A stretch of DNA of 63,458 nt, filler included, from Phoronis australis (lineage: Eukaryota; Animalia; Phoronida), in the NCBI GenBank assembly GCA_002633005.1. It is 5 parts of 5 records of this genome, joined end to end, with 100 filler letters (N's around TTAATTAATTAA, not from the genome) between each part and the next. Parts side by side here need not be neighbours in the genome. Positions count along the whole stretch, not along the records: positions 26,446 to 54,128 come from NMRA01000546.1; positions 54,229 to 58,622 come from NMRA01001753.1; positions 58,723 to 61,512 come from NMRA01003421.1; positions 61,613 to 63,458 come from NMRA01002631.1; 1 more part is not named here. The stretch is one strand, 5' to 3'. The position numbers were made by a program, and so were the translations under genes. Each line of letters begins with the position of its first letter. Positions within the stretch are counted from its first letter, which is position 1. This document shows positions 51,540-63,458 of this stretch, piece by piece. Below the pieces are notes generated by a model. The model searched no databases and was not told the origin of the DNA. It was given only the letters and a program-made list of their open reading frames with translations.

Positions 51540-53099
51540 GTGAGTACTACTACTGCTTTGTTTGAATTTGAGGTTATCACGATAGCATTGTAGCGGTAAT
51601 AGCCAGTTTTGTGGATACATGATTCGAGAACCAGTTAGCACCGCTAGAAACAACAGATGTTATTCTAATACAGTACTCTGCAATGCAAGTTACTGGTCCT
51701 CCTTTCAGGAAGATCTCAAACTGTGTGACCATGCATGTACCACAAAAATGTAACAACAGTACTTGGTTTTGAACATGTAGTATAGACATAGCTTTTTATT
51801 GTACCCACTGGTGAAATTTAGTAGTCCTATACCTGCATCACTGTAAACAACTGATATAAAAACCAACAGGTAGAGTCTATACCCAAAATCACCGATTATT
51901 TAAAACTTAGCACATGAGTTTGGTTTGTTGAGATGTAGAAAAACCTCACTTTCTAAGAATTTTTATTCATTATTTTTCTTTTTATGACCTGTACCTCCAT
52001 TTTGCAACAAAACTGGGCGTCGAAGTACATGTAGGCATGTTTGAATGCATTTTACTAGCATGTGTGGTAAGGTCAAAACAAATGAATAATACGAATTGAA
52101 AGGGCAGTGGCTGAATAATTTAATGGCATAACTTTTAAAATCCATTTTTAAATTGGTACGTTTTGAATTTGTGAGGCAAAAATGGCTATTTTTCAGATTT
52201 TCACTGAAGCCATTTTCGGCCAAATGTGGCACTCTATAGCAGCCATAACGCACCTTTCCTGAAATTGACTTGATACTAATTTGTTTAGTCATTCCTAACC
52301 TGTTCATAATCTAAAATAAAAAATCTTGCCTCTAATGTAGTTTTTGCGTACGAAGCATTACACGAACTGCACTTCGTCCTTTTGCATGTTCTCAGTTGCC
52401 TCTGCTGCCAATAGGGGGCTCTTGGAACATATAATTAGCTTGCGAAACACGACATAGAAAACCTTGTATTTTGGAGAAAAGGCAGACAGCATTATTAATT
52501 ACCATTCTCTGAAAACAGCATTGATGATTATTGCTTTTTAAAAAAAATATGTAACGTAAATCAACTGGCATGCCTGGTTCTAAATGATAGATGGCGCTCC
52601 TTTTGTATACGTGGAGACTGAAGACGCATCTAGAATAAGAGCAGTAACACGAGGACCTTGCTATAATTCAAGACTGCGAGATATTTCCCTGCATTTTAAA
52701 TGAGAACACGTGATTTTGGATAAATTTAAGAGAGGTTCTAGAGTTACTGAACTCACCCCTGCCTTGTTTTCTATCTGCCTTTTTCGTGCCACAGGCAAAA
52801 GAAGGCACCCAAGGTGGATATGGCCTCCTGGTGTTCCGTGCAAAAAATCCTTCAACTTGTCAATAGTCTTTGAAACTTTGGGTTCATATTGTAATGTCCC
52901 TGCTGGTTGCTACAAATTTTAGTCACCACCAGTCGCCAGAAATCTGGTGTCCCCCCCACTCCCGGGCACCCTAACGCTGATCATTTCTGCCAGTGTGATC
53001 ATCAGTGGTATAAAAAGGTACACATTCACAGTCAATAGAAAATAATTCACGAGAGACAATTTTATTAATGACTCATTCATGACAGACATGAAGTAAACA

Positions 53100-54128
53100 G
53101 AGGTAACGGTCTCGACTTCATATATCACACATCTTTGACTGGTGTGCTACAAAACTAGGTTAAACGTTGAGCTCATTTACCACTTCATTCGGTAAGTCTG
53201 ACGATATAACAGCATCTTCAGCAGAAATTGCATGGTCATAAACATTGCTGCAGGCAACCTCGAAAAAATCCACCAATCTGCGATTCACTTAATATCACCG
53301 GTAAACACTTTCCCAGTGGGTTCTCGTAATGTTTTCTCCATTTTGGCACTTCCGAGGGTGAACGTTTTTACCCGGCTGACTTATCTCCTTCATCGAATAT
53401 GTTCGTCAGAAAGTTCTTAACCTTTGCTGAAAATCTTGTTGACCTTTTACCTTTTTTCAATGCCTAACCTATTGCTTCAGCATTCGTCTCATCCAAATAG
53501 TACTCTGAGGCTGTCTCAAATGACGCTCCGGTTCTTGCATCTGAAAGCATTTCTGACCACTCTCGTGCGATGTGGTCATACATGGTTTCCCTCTGTAAAT
53601 GTTCGGTGTGGTTACCCATATCCAAATGCTGACCTAGATCTGCGTCTTTAGCAAAAACTTTCGAGTAACCTTGCTGGGTACAAGGGAACTTTTGTTGAGG
53701 CTCTTCACAAGATACAATGCCAACCTAAACTGTTGGTGATGAAAATCCGCCATGTCTAGAGATGTTAGTGTATTTTAGAGAAATAGGTATCCCATTTTCT
53801 CAGTATTTGTAAGAACTTACCGTCACCTACATGGAATGATTTCCACACGGGAATTCCTTGGGTGGAATAGTGGTAATTTGGGAATGTGCTTATACCAGGA
53901 ACTGAGTATTTTGGAAAAGACTTTGTTGCAGTGACTGAACATGCATACACATAACATCCCTTCACACGGCCACTGGAAAGTAATGCTTCTTTCAAATCCA
54001 GAAAGTTTATGATATTGCTACCTTCGGCTACAAAGTACTTTGCATGTTGTTTGAGTGGAGCGATCTTGCGATCACAGAGATCCTTTCCATTCTGACTTTC
54101 ACTAAAGTCATATCTCGAAACAGAAATG
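53100..54128 (-). pseudogene. Decayed DD[D/E] transposase C-terminal half, Sola3-like (tentative)
   Basis: RYDFSESQNGKDLCDRKIAPLKQH...EG...LKEALLSSG; G*ALKK..RSTRFS.KVK.FL..IFDEG; multiple stops and frameshifts; 5' part lost in the gap. Confidence 0.5.
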
Positions 54129-55342
54129 NNNNNNNNNNNNNNNNNNNNNNNNNNNNNNNNNNNNNNNNNNNNTTAATTAATTAANNNNNNNNNNNNNNNN
54201 NNNNNNNNNNNNNNNNNNNNNNNNNNNNATGTCTTCTTGCCACGTGTGCAGTCGCTCAGCCGTAAACGACAGCTACAGATTTATAATTAACACAGTGAAT
54301 GAACAAGCGGGCATTTGATATAGACAGACTGTTATGTTGAGCCTGCCTGAATACCTCTAGGTCGGATGGGATACCTACATGTACATGTAAAGGCCAACCG
54401 GGTGCTCTGGTCTATACATGTACCTTGAATTCCTAGTATATTTTCATCGCCAACATTTTTGTGTGGTTAGCACTTCACCCACCTGTGGCCACATCACGTG
54501 AACTGATGAGAATAAGTCTAAAAAGTTGTCTGTCCCAACCGGCACTCTAACCCAGGAACTACTGCCAACCGTGCAGACGTTCCCGGGCTCTAGTCAAGAT
54601 GGGTGCAGGGATTTTTCAGACTTATTAGGTCACGTGATGGGGCAACAGTTGGCGTGCTGGCCACACTTCAAAGTGTTCACGATATATACATTTTCATACC
54701 GCTTTAAAAATTGCAAATTCAAAAAATAGATCTTTACATATTGATCATTCAATGTGAAAGGTTAAATACGGGTATTTTGTTAAAATTTGTGACACAACGA
54801 AGAATTCGTTAAAAGACTGCTGCGTAAGTTAACAAAAGATTGGAGTAACTTTTGCATTAAAAAGTAACACCTATGAGCTCCATGAAATTATGGTTGGTGG
54901 TAAAATATAGCTACCTTGAAATTTGAAGGTTCGTCGATGTCGACAAGTTGGCTGTGCCACATATCGCCGTGACTTCCTGTTTGCTCAAACAGAATTCGTT
55001 TGTTGCTTCGCAATACCAGACGTCCCATTTTTAGGTAACCGTACATATGCCATTTAAACGAGAGGCAATACTTTCCACCTAAAACATGTTGTCCTTAGCA
55101 ATTAAGCAACCATACCAGAAATAGTAAATTCAAAATAGAGGTCACAAAAGGCATTTAATATAAATGTATAGCATAGAAGTATCGCTAAATTCGTTTTTAT
55201 GTCTTGATCCTCAATGTCAAACATATTTTTTAATTTTACTTAACAATCTTTTGCGGCCTTACTACTTCTATTCTCTACAATGTTATGCTGTAGTGTATAT
55301 GCAATATCGTATGTGCTGTAGTGTATGTGCTGTAGTGTATAT

Positions 55343-56804
55343 CATCATCAATGCCCGTCACCCCTACCAGGGTATAGGCCACGAATCAGAGATTTCCATT
55401 TTGTTCTGTCCTGGGCGATTCCTTCTGGCTGTCTCCATGAGTATCCTAACCTCTCCATGTCATCGGTGATGCATCTTCTCCAGGTCATTCGTGGTCTGCC
55501 TCTATTTCGTTTACCCTGTGGGTTCCACTTTAATGCGTGTCTAGAAGTGCTATTTGTTGGTCTTCTTAGTGTATGTCTAATCCATCGCCATTTCCTTCGA
55601 CCGATCTCCTCTTCTAATGGTGTCTGTCCTGTTCTTTCCCACAATTCTTCATTTCTTATACTTTCTGGCCACTGTATCCTCAAAAATTTTCTCAGGCATG
55701 AATTGACAAAAATTTGCAATCTCTTGAAGTTTGTTTTTGTGTTTCTCCAGGTCTCTGATCCATATAACAGTACTGATTTCACGTTTGAGTTGAAGAATCT
55801 CAATTTTGTTTTCAACGAGAGTTTCCTAGCTTTCCATACTTTCATTAGTTGGTAAAATGCAGTTTTGGCTTTGGCAATTCTAGCTCGTATGTCAGCTTCG
55901 CCCCCCCCCCCCCCCCNNNNNNNNNNNNNNNNNNNNNNNNNNNNNNNNNNNNNNNNNNNNNNNNNNNNNNNNNNNNNNNNNNNNNNNNNNNNNNNNNNNN
56001 NNNNNNNNNNNNNNNNNNNNNNNNNNNNNNNNNNNNNNNNNNNNNNNNNNNNNNNNNNNNNNNNNNNNNNNNNNNNNNNNNNNNNNNNNNNNNNNNNNNN
56101 NNNNNNNNNNNNNNNNNNNNNNNNNCCCCCCCCCCCCCCCCTCTTTTCATCTATCTCGCTGCCAAGGTATGTGAAATGTTCAACTTTCTCCAGGATTGAT
56201 CCATTTATTTCAATTGGTGTTTCTGTCTCTGGGGTAAAGTTAAGAATTTTTGTCTTTCCACTGCTGATGATAAGGTCAATCTTCCTTGCTGTTTTGTTCA
56301 GTTCATCTGTTTTCCTTAGCATTTGGCCTGCTGTGTGAGAGAGTAGTGCAATATCATCTACGTAGTCCAGGTCATACTGCTGTGTTCATAGGGTCCACTG
56401 TATTCCGTTTCTTCTGACTTTTGTCACCTCTCTCGTTGACCAGTCTATTACTAGGTTGAGAAGAAAAGGTGACAGAAGACAGTCTTGCTTCACTCCTGTT
56501 CGAATTTCAAATGGTTCTGTCATTTCATCGTCATGAAGAACACGGCAGTTACTTCCTTCGTACATGTTTTGACCTGACGTCACGATCTTTTCTGGGATGC
56601 CATAATGGCGCATGAGCTTCCATAACGTGCTTCTGTCGATGTTGTCAAATGCCTTTTCAAAGTTCACAAAATTGATCAATAGGGGAGAGTTCCAATCCGT
56701 GGATTGTTCGAGGATGATTCTTAACGTTGCTGTCTGATCGGAGCAAAATCTGCCTTTCCCGAAACCCGCTTGTTGGTCCCTAAGTTTTTCATCTACCTTG
56801 AACT
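55343..56804 (-). mobile_element. RTE-clade LINE, 5'-truncated reverse-transcriptase fragment
   Basis: QQAGF..GR.C.DQ, FEKAFD, GVKQDCLLSP, YVDD, FTYLGS, LLYGSETW, WNPQGKRNRGRPR; (GAT)n tail; possible 12-bp TSD tgtagtgtatat (55331-55342, 56805-56816); internal gap and stops. Confidence 0.92.
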
Positions 56805-58385
56805 TGTAGTGTATATGCTGTAGTGTATATGTTGAAGTGTATGTGATGTAGTGTACAGTGTATGCCATTGTGTATGTGCTGTAGCGCATATGTTGTAGTG
56901 TATATGTTGTAGTGTATTGTTGCCTTTTTCAGCTTGTCCAAATCAATTCCAAATCTGTCGATGAAACAGCAAATATAATTTGCAATGCTAATTTATCGAT
57001 TTCTTTAGTTGCAAAAAATATTGATTTTAACTCACTTTAGAAGAACATCCACAATCAGTTTGTAAATCAGACTGTCAATATGTCAGTACACAGTCACTTA
57101 AATGACCAGCGTAACCAGCTACAATTTTTCCTGCATAATACGTCATCATTTGAGTTTCGATCAGTTAGCATCGAAAATAGCAACAGTTTAGTACTGCACA
57201 GTTCAATAAATACAAGTAACCTATAGCAACAGTTCAGTACTGCCCAGTTCAATAAATACAAGTAACCTATGAGAAATGAAATGAGTATAGACCGTTATGT
57301 ACGACTTTATCATACTTTTCTGTCTCTTCTCAATTTCTTCTATTACAACTACGGCATTTTTGCCGCGACAACCGACCTGCTATGGGACCGACAGAAATTG
57401 TTGCGTAATCCCCATTTTGGCGAGGAGTAGACATTTCGGCGTAGATGTACGCTGTTCCACCGTCACCTTGCGACGGTCCAGTGTCAACTGATAAAGTGGG
57501 TCCCTGGATAAAGGTAATGAAAATGTTTTCCAGAAATCACAAAACCCGGCAATTGTGAGCTCACATCAACACCGGTATGGGCGAGTGGAGCCTTCTCAAA
57601 CAGACGCGGGCAAAATTGGTGTTAAAAATACTGTATAATGAAGGCAAACTGTCAAGTGACTTTCGCCTGTTTTAGTTGTTAATAACGTCCAATTCACACT
57701 GGGTTTCAGGCTATAGTGTGTCAAAACTTTCATAAAACGTCACTGTCACTTTTTTATTATTTGCCATAGAATGGTTTATGATGAAGGTCGCATAAATTAC
57801 TAGGTAATAAGTAGGTTTTAAGTGACTATAAAGGTTTATAAACGTTTATAGTCACTTAAAACCCATTTATTTACATTTATATAGTTGATCAAAATTTCAA
57901 GATGGCGAAATCTTATTCATTCAAAATTAGAAATATTCTTCATTATTGAAGACGAATTTCAACTTACACTATGAGGTGTCCAATCGAACATGTCGGTCGT
58001 TTCTTGGATCCAGCCACATATACTTCCGGTATCAAATGTACACGAAACAGTTCTGTCTACAAGAGTATTAACTCCAAAAATGGACATACAAATCAAGATC
58101 ACCATGAAGAATAAATCTTTCTAGGAAACTGTCATGTTACGACCAAGATAATGGACACAGGCAAGAGTTCTCCTTTTCAATTAACCTCTGCACAAGCAAC
58201 ATGACAATTAGACGCCATATTCATACCAAATTACATGCAATGTTGCTTTGGGACGTTATTTATTTTCACTAGCAATGTAGCCAATATCATCTGGGATTCA
58301 ACCCCGTGTATTCCTAAGTACGTGCATACTAGAGACTTTTTGTCGTATACACTGCACCAAGTATGGGTCTTCTCGTGAGACTTAC

Positions 58386-58593
58386 AATCTATTACATTAG
58401 CTGGCGTAGTAGAACCAGTGCTAGGCGTAGTTGTAGTAACAGACCCAGTAGGGCTAGTTCTCGTGGTCGTGGAACTGGTAGTAGTGGGCGGGGCTTGCGT
58501 AGTTGAGCCCTGACATCGACCGCGTGAGAAAGTGATCTCATCCAGAGCCACGTCTGACATGTAGGAAGTTCCGCGAATGGCCATAAACTGCAG
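58386..58593 (-). CDS. Exon of a MAM-domain protein (end of a MAM domain, Thr-rich linker, probable start of the next domain)
   Basis: ttttcag acceptor, T|gtaagt donor, 208 nt; LQFMAIRGTSYMSDVALDEITFSRGRC fits the MAM C-terminal F.A.RG....D.A.D.I....G.C pattern. Confidence 0.75.
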
Positions 58594-58764
58594 CTGAAAA
58601 CGTGCAAGACAAAAATTGACCTNNNNNNNNNNNNNNNNNNNNNNNNNNNNNNNNNNNNNNNNNNNNTTAATTAATTAANNNNNNNNNNNNNNNNNNNNNN
58701 NNNNNNNNNNNNNNNNNNNNNNAATATAAATTTTGATTCATTATATAATCATATTCGATAATGC

Positions 58765-60100
58765 ACCGGAAGAGGTCATTTGGTGCAAAGGTCGTACAGT
58801 TTTCAAAATGCTACCATTTCTACAATTTTAAAGGTTTTTTATTCAAATTTTGTGCACAAGTGTATTGCAACAAGACAATTAACATAATTACTTTTCTAAG
58901 TAATCGGGTCATCCAAACAGGTCAAAGGTCATGGGGTGCAAGGTAAAATTTTGAGCTAAACACTTCAAATGACATAGCTGATTGGAACGTGTAATTGAGT
59001 TCCAAATCCAAAGGTTATTTCGTACAACCATGGGGTCATTAGGTGCATTTTTCTTCTGAAATTTTGACCTTTTTATTCAACACATATTCTTATATGACAG
59101 CAGTTAGACAACTGTGATTCTCAGCAGGAAAGACAGTTTTCATGGTCTTTGCAATAGTTTTACTAAAAGGACTTGTAATGCACTGGATAGGGTCAATTAG
59201 TGCAAAGGACGTCTACTTTTCAAGAGGTTATTTCTCATACATTTGTCAAGGAATTCTCAATTTCAGCACACTGGTGTAAACGTACATGCCAATCAAATAC
59301 CCTACTCTACTAAGCAATAGGGCCATTTAATCAGAAGCAACAGGTCAAAGGTAATTTAGTGCAAACTAAGGTTTTCAGCTAGACACTTCAAATTTACATA
59401 TCTGTTTAGTAAATGCGATTTTTTGGGTTGTTTGGTGCAACCATGGGGTCATTAGGTGCATTTTTCTTGTGAAATTTTGACCTTTTTATTCTACACCTAT
59501 TCTGATATGACAGCAGTTAGACAACTGGGATTCTCAGCAGTAAAGACAGTTTTCACGGCTTTGCAATAGTTTTACTAAAAGGGCTTGTAATGCACTGGAT
59601 AGAGTCAATTAGTGCAAAGGTCATCTACTGTTCAAAAGGTCATTTCTGCTATATTTTTCAAGGAATTCTCTTCAATTTCAGCACATTTGTTTTAAACCTA
59701 CATGTCTATCGAATACCCTACCTTACTAAGCAATAAGGCCATCCAATCAGAAACAATAGGTCAAAGGCCATTGAGTGCAAGCTAAGATTTTGAGCTAGAC
59801 ACTTCAAATTTACATACCTGTTTAGTAAATGCAATTGAGTTTGAATTCTAAAGTTTCAAGTCACTTGGTGCAATCATGGGGTCATTTGGTGCATTTTTCT
59901 TCTGAAAGTTTGACCAATTCATTCATCTTCTATTCTAAAGTGCTTTGAGGTAAGACATCTGTGATTCTCAGCACCAATCACACTTATCATCGAGTTTACA
60001 TTTCTTCCCTCATCAGGGCTCCACATGCACCAGCAAGGGTCAATTAGTGGAAAGGTGATCAAGTTATCAACATGTAATTTCTCCTAGTTTTAAAGAGTTC
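58765..60100. repeat. Diverged tandem array, ~420-bp higher-order unit of three GGTCA-rich subunits
   Basis: ggggtcatt.ggtgcattttt recurs at ~59032, 59445, 59878; ggtcaaagg at ~58920, 59343, 59759. Probably the internal array of another HINE-like family. Confidence 0.8.
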
Positions 60101-60964
60101 TTTTTCATAATGGTAAACGGGTTGTTGTCAATAACTTTCCATAACATTCCAATAAAATGCATGCGCAGAGTCCATTATTGTCACACTGTGACAATAATCT
60201 CTTTAGTTACTTCTGTCCTTGTATTGTAAGTTATGTGACATCTATAAAGCATGATTGTATATTTCTGTTTCTATCGATATGTAGTGTTGACGTAAGTTCG
60301 TTTTTATCTGACAAGATAAGTATATTAATGCGCTTAGGTCTTTTCTTTTTATGAATCTTGAGAGTAAGTTGAAGCCACACATAGTATAATATTTGAAACC
60401 CATGACAGTAGTTTTAGAGTTTTTGAATAGAGTGCATGTTCCTTAGTATACACAGTGCCACTATTATTACTTACTATAGTGACCTTAGTGAGGATCTACC
60501 TGGAGTTCACTGCTTAATTGTGAGGCTAAATTCACTCACCTAATGTCGTTTGTTGGAATGCAATTACTTTTGACATTGTATTAAATCACTGAATGAACCT
60601 ATGGAAAATATTAACGCAATTTCACATGTAGTTAAGATTGTCGTGGAAATATGTTCTCCACCTCCGCTATTTGGCCTGTGGAATGTGAAAAAAATTGGTA
60701 ATAAGGGGTAAGTAAAGGTTGGCAAGAGGTACACCTTGTTCATGTTTTGCTACTTAATTTTATACGTTTATTGGCAGTTGAAAACTGTTAGCATTATGCT
60801 TGTGTTACCAGGAAGGTTAATTAAATGGGTCAAGCACGTATTTGTTTAATTTTCTTACAAACATGGCATCCTGTTCAGGTGTGATATATACTAGGTGTAG
60901 TTTTGTCATATAAACAAAGTCAATTTTGAAACAGTTACTCTCTGAACTCGGTCGGCAAGTACCT

Positions 60965-61110
60965 GGCCTGAGTTCAGTAACGCTAGGACCTCCGGCGCTA
61001 AAACTGAACCAAGACTTTGTGAGATTACGTGACATATTGACGTATTTTTAATGAGCATATGTGATTTTAGCTAGATTTTAGTAAGGTCCTAGCGTTATTG
61101 AAATCTGTCC
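60965..61110. mobile_element. Small MITE (~146 bp)
   Basis: Inverted ends ttcagtaacgctaggacct / aggtcctagcgttattgaa; no clear TSD. Confidence 0.5.
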
Positions 61111-63458
61111 TATTCCTACTGCGTTACATAAAACCGCGAACTCAACTCAACGGAAAATCACACGGTACTAGTCGCGTAAAACCTATACAGACCTGCGCAA
61201 ATTAAGAGCGAAACTAGTACTTTTGCTGGGGGGTTGTCAAGCGTATTTTGCCCTACATTTTGGTACGCCTGCCCTACAAATTCTCTGAAAGACTATATGG
61301 AGCAGTTAGCTGAATTAAAACAATAAATCAAGAAATAACAACGATGAAATATTTTACAGTAATTTACTAGTTTACACCTACCTTCAGTGTGAGGTACTTC
61401 ACGGAAAGCATCTGGTTACAATTTCCCTGATAAGCTCAGTCAAAAATCCCAATATCAAAACATTTAATGCAAGAAAACACAGTCGAAGAGTCAAACGAAA
61501 GGGTTTCATGGGNNNNNNNNNNNNNNNNNNNNNNNNNNNNNNNNNNNNNNNNNNNNTTAATTAATTAANNNNNNNNNNNNNNNNNNNNNNNNNNNNNNNN
61601 NNNNNNNNNNNNCCGTACATGAATAATTTAAACAAAATTAAAATTAACAACCCATATTTGCTAGCCTGCAGCAAACACTTGTACTAAACTACGCACAAAT
61701 CATAACATACCAGTGCAGAAAACTGAATGCCCATAAACTATGTAGGTAACACAGGTATGCAGGTAAATCAAACGCAGATTGTAGTCGATCTATAGTACCT
61801 AGTGCTACTGGTCTATTCTGGTCTCTTAGTACAGGTAAAACCTTGCTTTCTGATTGACATGAATTGCTCTGCCATGCTCATGCGTTTCGTTTCTATGATA
61901 TTGACGAAAACATTGTTTGGTCAATTCCACACCAAGAGTTGGTGTTTTCAGATAGAGATAGAAAGTTGCATCACATCACTCTAGGTGTCTTACACAGCCA
62001 TCGAGGTTGCAACATTTGTAGTAATGCCAAACTGTGCAAGTTTTTAAACAGTACTCTACTGAACGCTTTACAACATAAGTGTGGTTTGGTTTAATTTAGA
62101 ATTGTGCGAGGCGATGATTTTGTGCAAAAATAACTTGAATAAATGTTCATAAAGCCTTTATCTCTTCATTTCGTCGCTGTATAGTGTTCTGTTGTGAGAT
62201 TGCGCAACTTTTCTGCAGCCTGTAATGAGAATAAAACAGACTCAGATAACAATTATTAGAACAACACTATCTAAACTGACCACTCCTTCATATAATTCAA
62301 ACAAACTAATTAAAAACAGAGCTCTGTTGAGTTGACTAGTTTCAGGCAAACTTAAATTGGTGACATATCCTTCAACTTAACTAGTCATGTGTAGCTCAAA
62401 CATTCAAATTTCCTTGCATTATTTGTGTGTATTAAGATCACTCAGATATTATTAAACACTCAACTGTGAGGTGGTGTACACAAGTCAAGACGCCCCCTTG
62501 TGTTCATCAGGCAAGTTACTGGTAGTGCAATGTTGCTACTCTTTTCTTCTATTGTAGTTAACAGATTTTTGCTTTCAAACAATGAAAAAATTCAATTTTC
62601 AACACTGTCACAATGTCTATAGCCAAAAAAGGAAGTTTCCACAAACAGGCAACAGTTACCACTGACAACCATAAATTGTCTTCTGCTCTCCAAACAAAAG
62701 AAGCCAGTCATGTAAGTCCAGCTGCTGTGATGTACTCGCGTATACGGCAAACTTAAGCGAATTTAAAACAAACTTAGACCACTATCATTTTTTAACCAAG
62801 TTGACACGTAAATTATTTTAAACAAATAATTCAGAGTGCACTTGCCCCACCAGATGGCATCAGTGTCTTTAGAATATTTTTTCAGTTTACTTCTACTGCG
62901 TTCTCAACTCTAACAGTTTGATTTGTTAGCAGACATTTCCGTCTTGCTACTGAAGAGAACATTAAAATCTGCAAATGAGCAATAAATTGTGATTGCTCCA
63001 ATTCAATGTCACAGAGTGCAAAAGAACTAATTTGACTTAAATTAGTGGCGGGAATCAGATAATAACCAGATTCAACTAACTGGAATCCTTTCCAAATGGA
63101 TACTTGGTTCTGAATTGGTTTGGAGTAACACCGTCACTGAGTAATGGCAAGGCTGTTTGCTATGTGACAAAGAAACCAGAACAAAGCATGCGAAGATCAG
63201 ATAGCATTGCACCAAGCAACCTGACAAAGATTTTGTTGTAAGTGGTTTATGACCTTGTGTTTTATTAGTGATACCAGATGAAGATTTATGTGCAGGCGAC
63301 GAGACTTCACCTCATTTACCTAAATTTTAAATTTTTAAGTGAGACCACAGAATCGATTTTATAGTTTTGGAATGGATTCCGAATCATTGATTTTATTTGC
63401 TGTTGTTGATACACACCGACACCAATTTACACTGACTCACCTGCTCAGCAGTCAGATC

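Overview
Repeat-rich animal (invertebrate-looking) genomic scaffold with spliceosomal introns and several assembly gaps; nothing prokaryotic and no CRISPR array. Host genes are all partial: TMEM97/sigma-2 receptor exons (+), four exons of the kelch protein IPP/KLHL27 (+), one MAM-domain exon (-) and an unidentified acidic/basic terminal exon (-) present twice. Most of the rest is mobile DNA: a near-intact 5.6-kb intron-containing hAT element whose first micro-exon encodes a PIP-box-like motif; a Kolobok deletion derivative (THAP plus KolX stubs, TTAA TSD); a 3'-truncated Gmr1-type Gypsy LTR element (SCAN-like gag, protease directly followed by integrase); a 5'-truncated RTE LINE; Helentron-associated (HINE/DINE-1-like) elements; and relics of SWIM-, tyrosine-recombinase- and Sola3-like genes. 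The most notable observations are (i) HINE tandem monomers that each carry a co-oriented CTCF-consensus site about every 150 bp, (ii) two tiny (58 and 70 bp) hairpin insertions with exact 9-bp target duplications, (iii) tandem amplification of Pol III box motifs and of an IPP splice donor, and (iv) a 2.58-kb identical duplication that may be an assembly artefact. All family assignments are from motif recognition by eye, not database searches.
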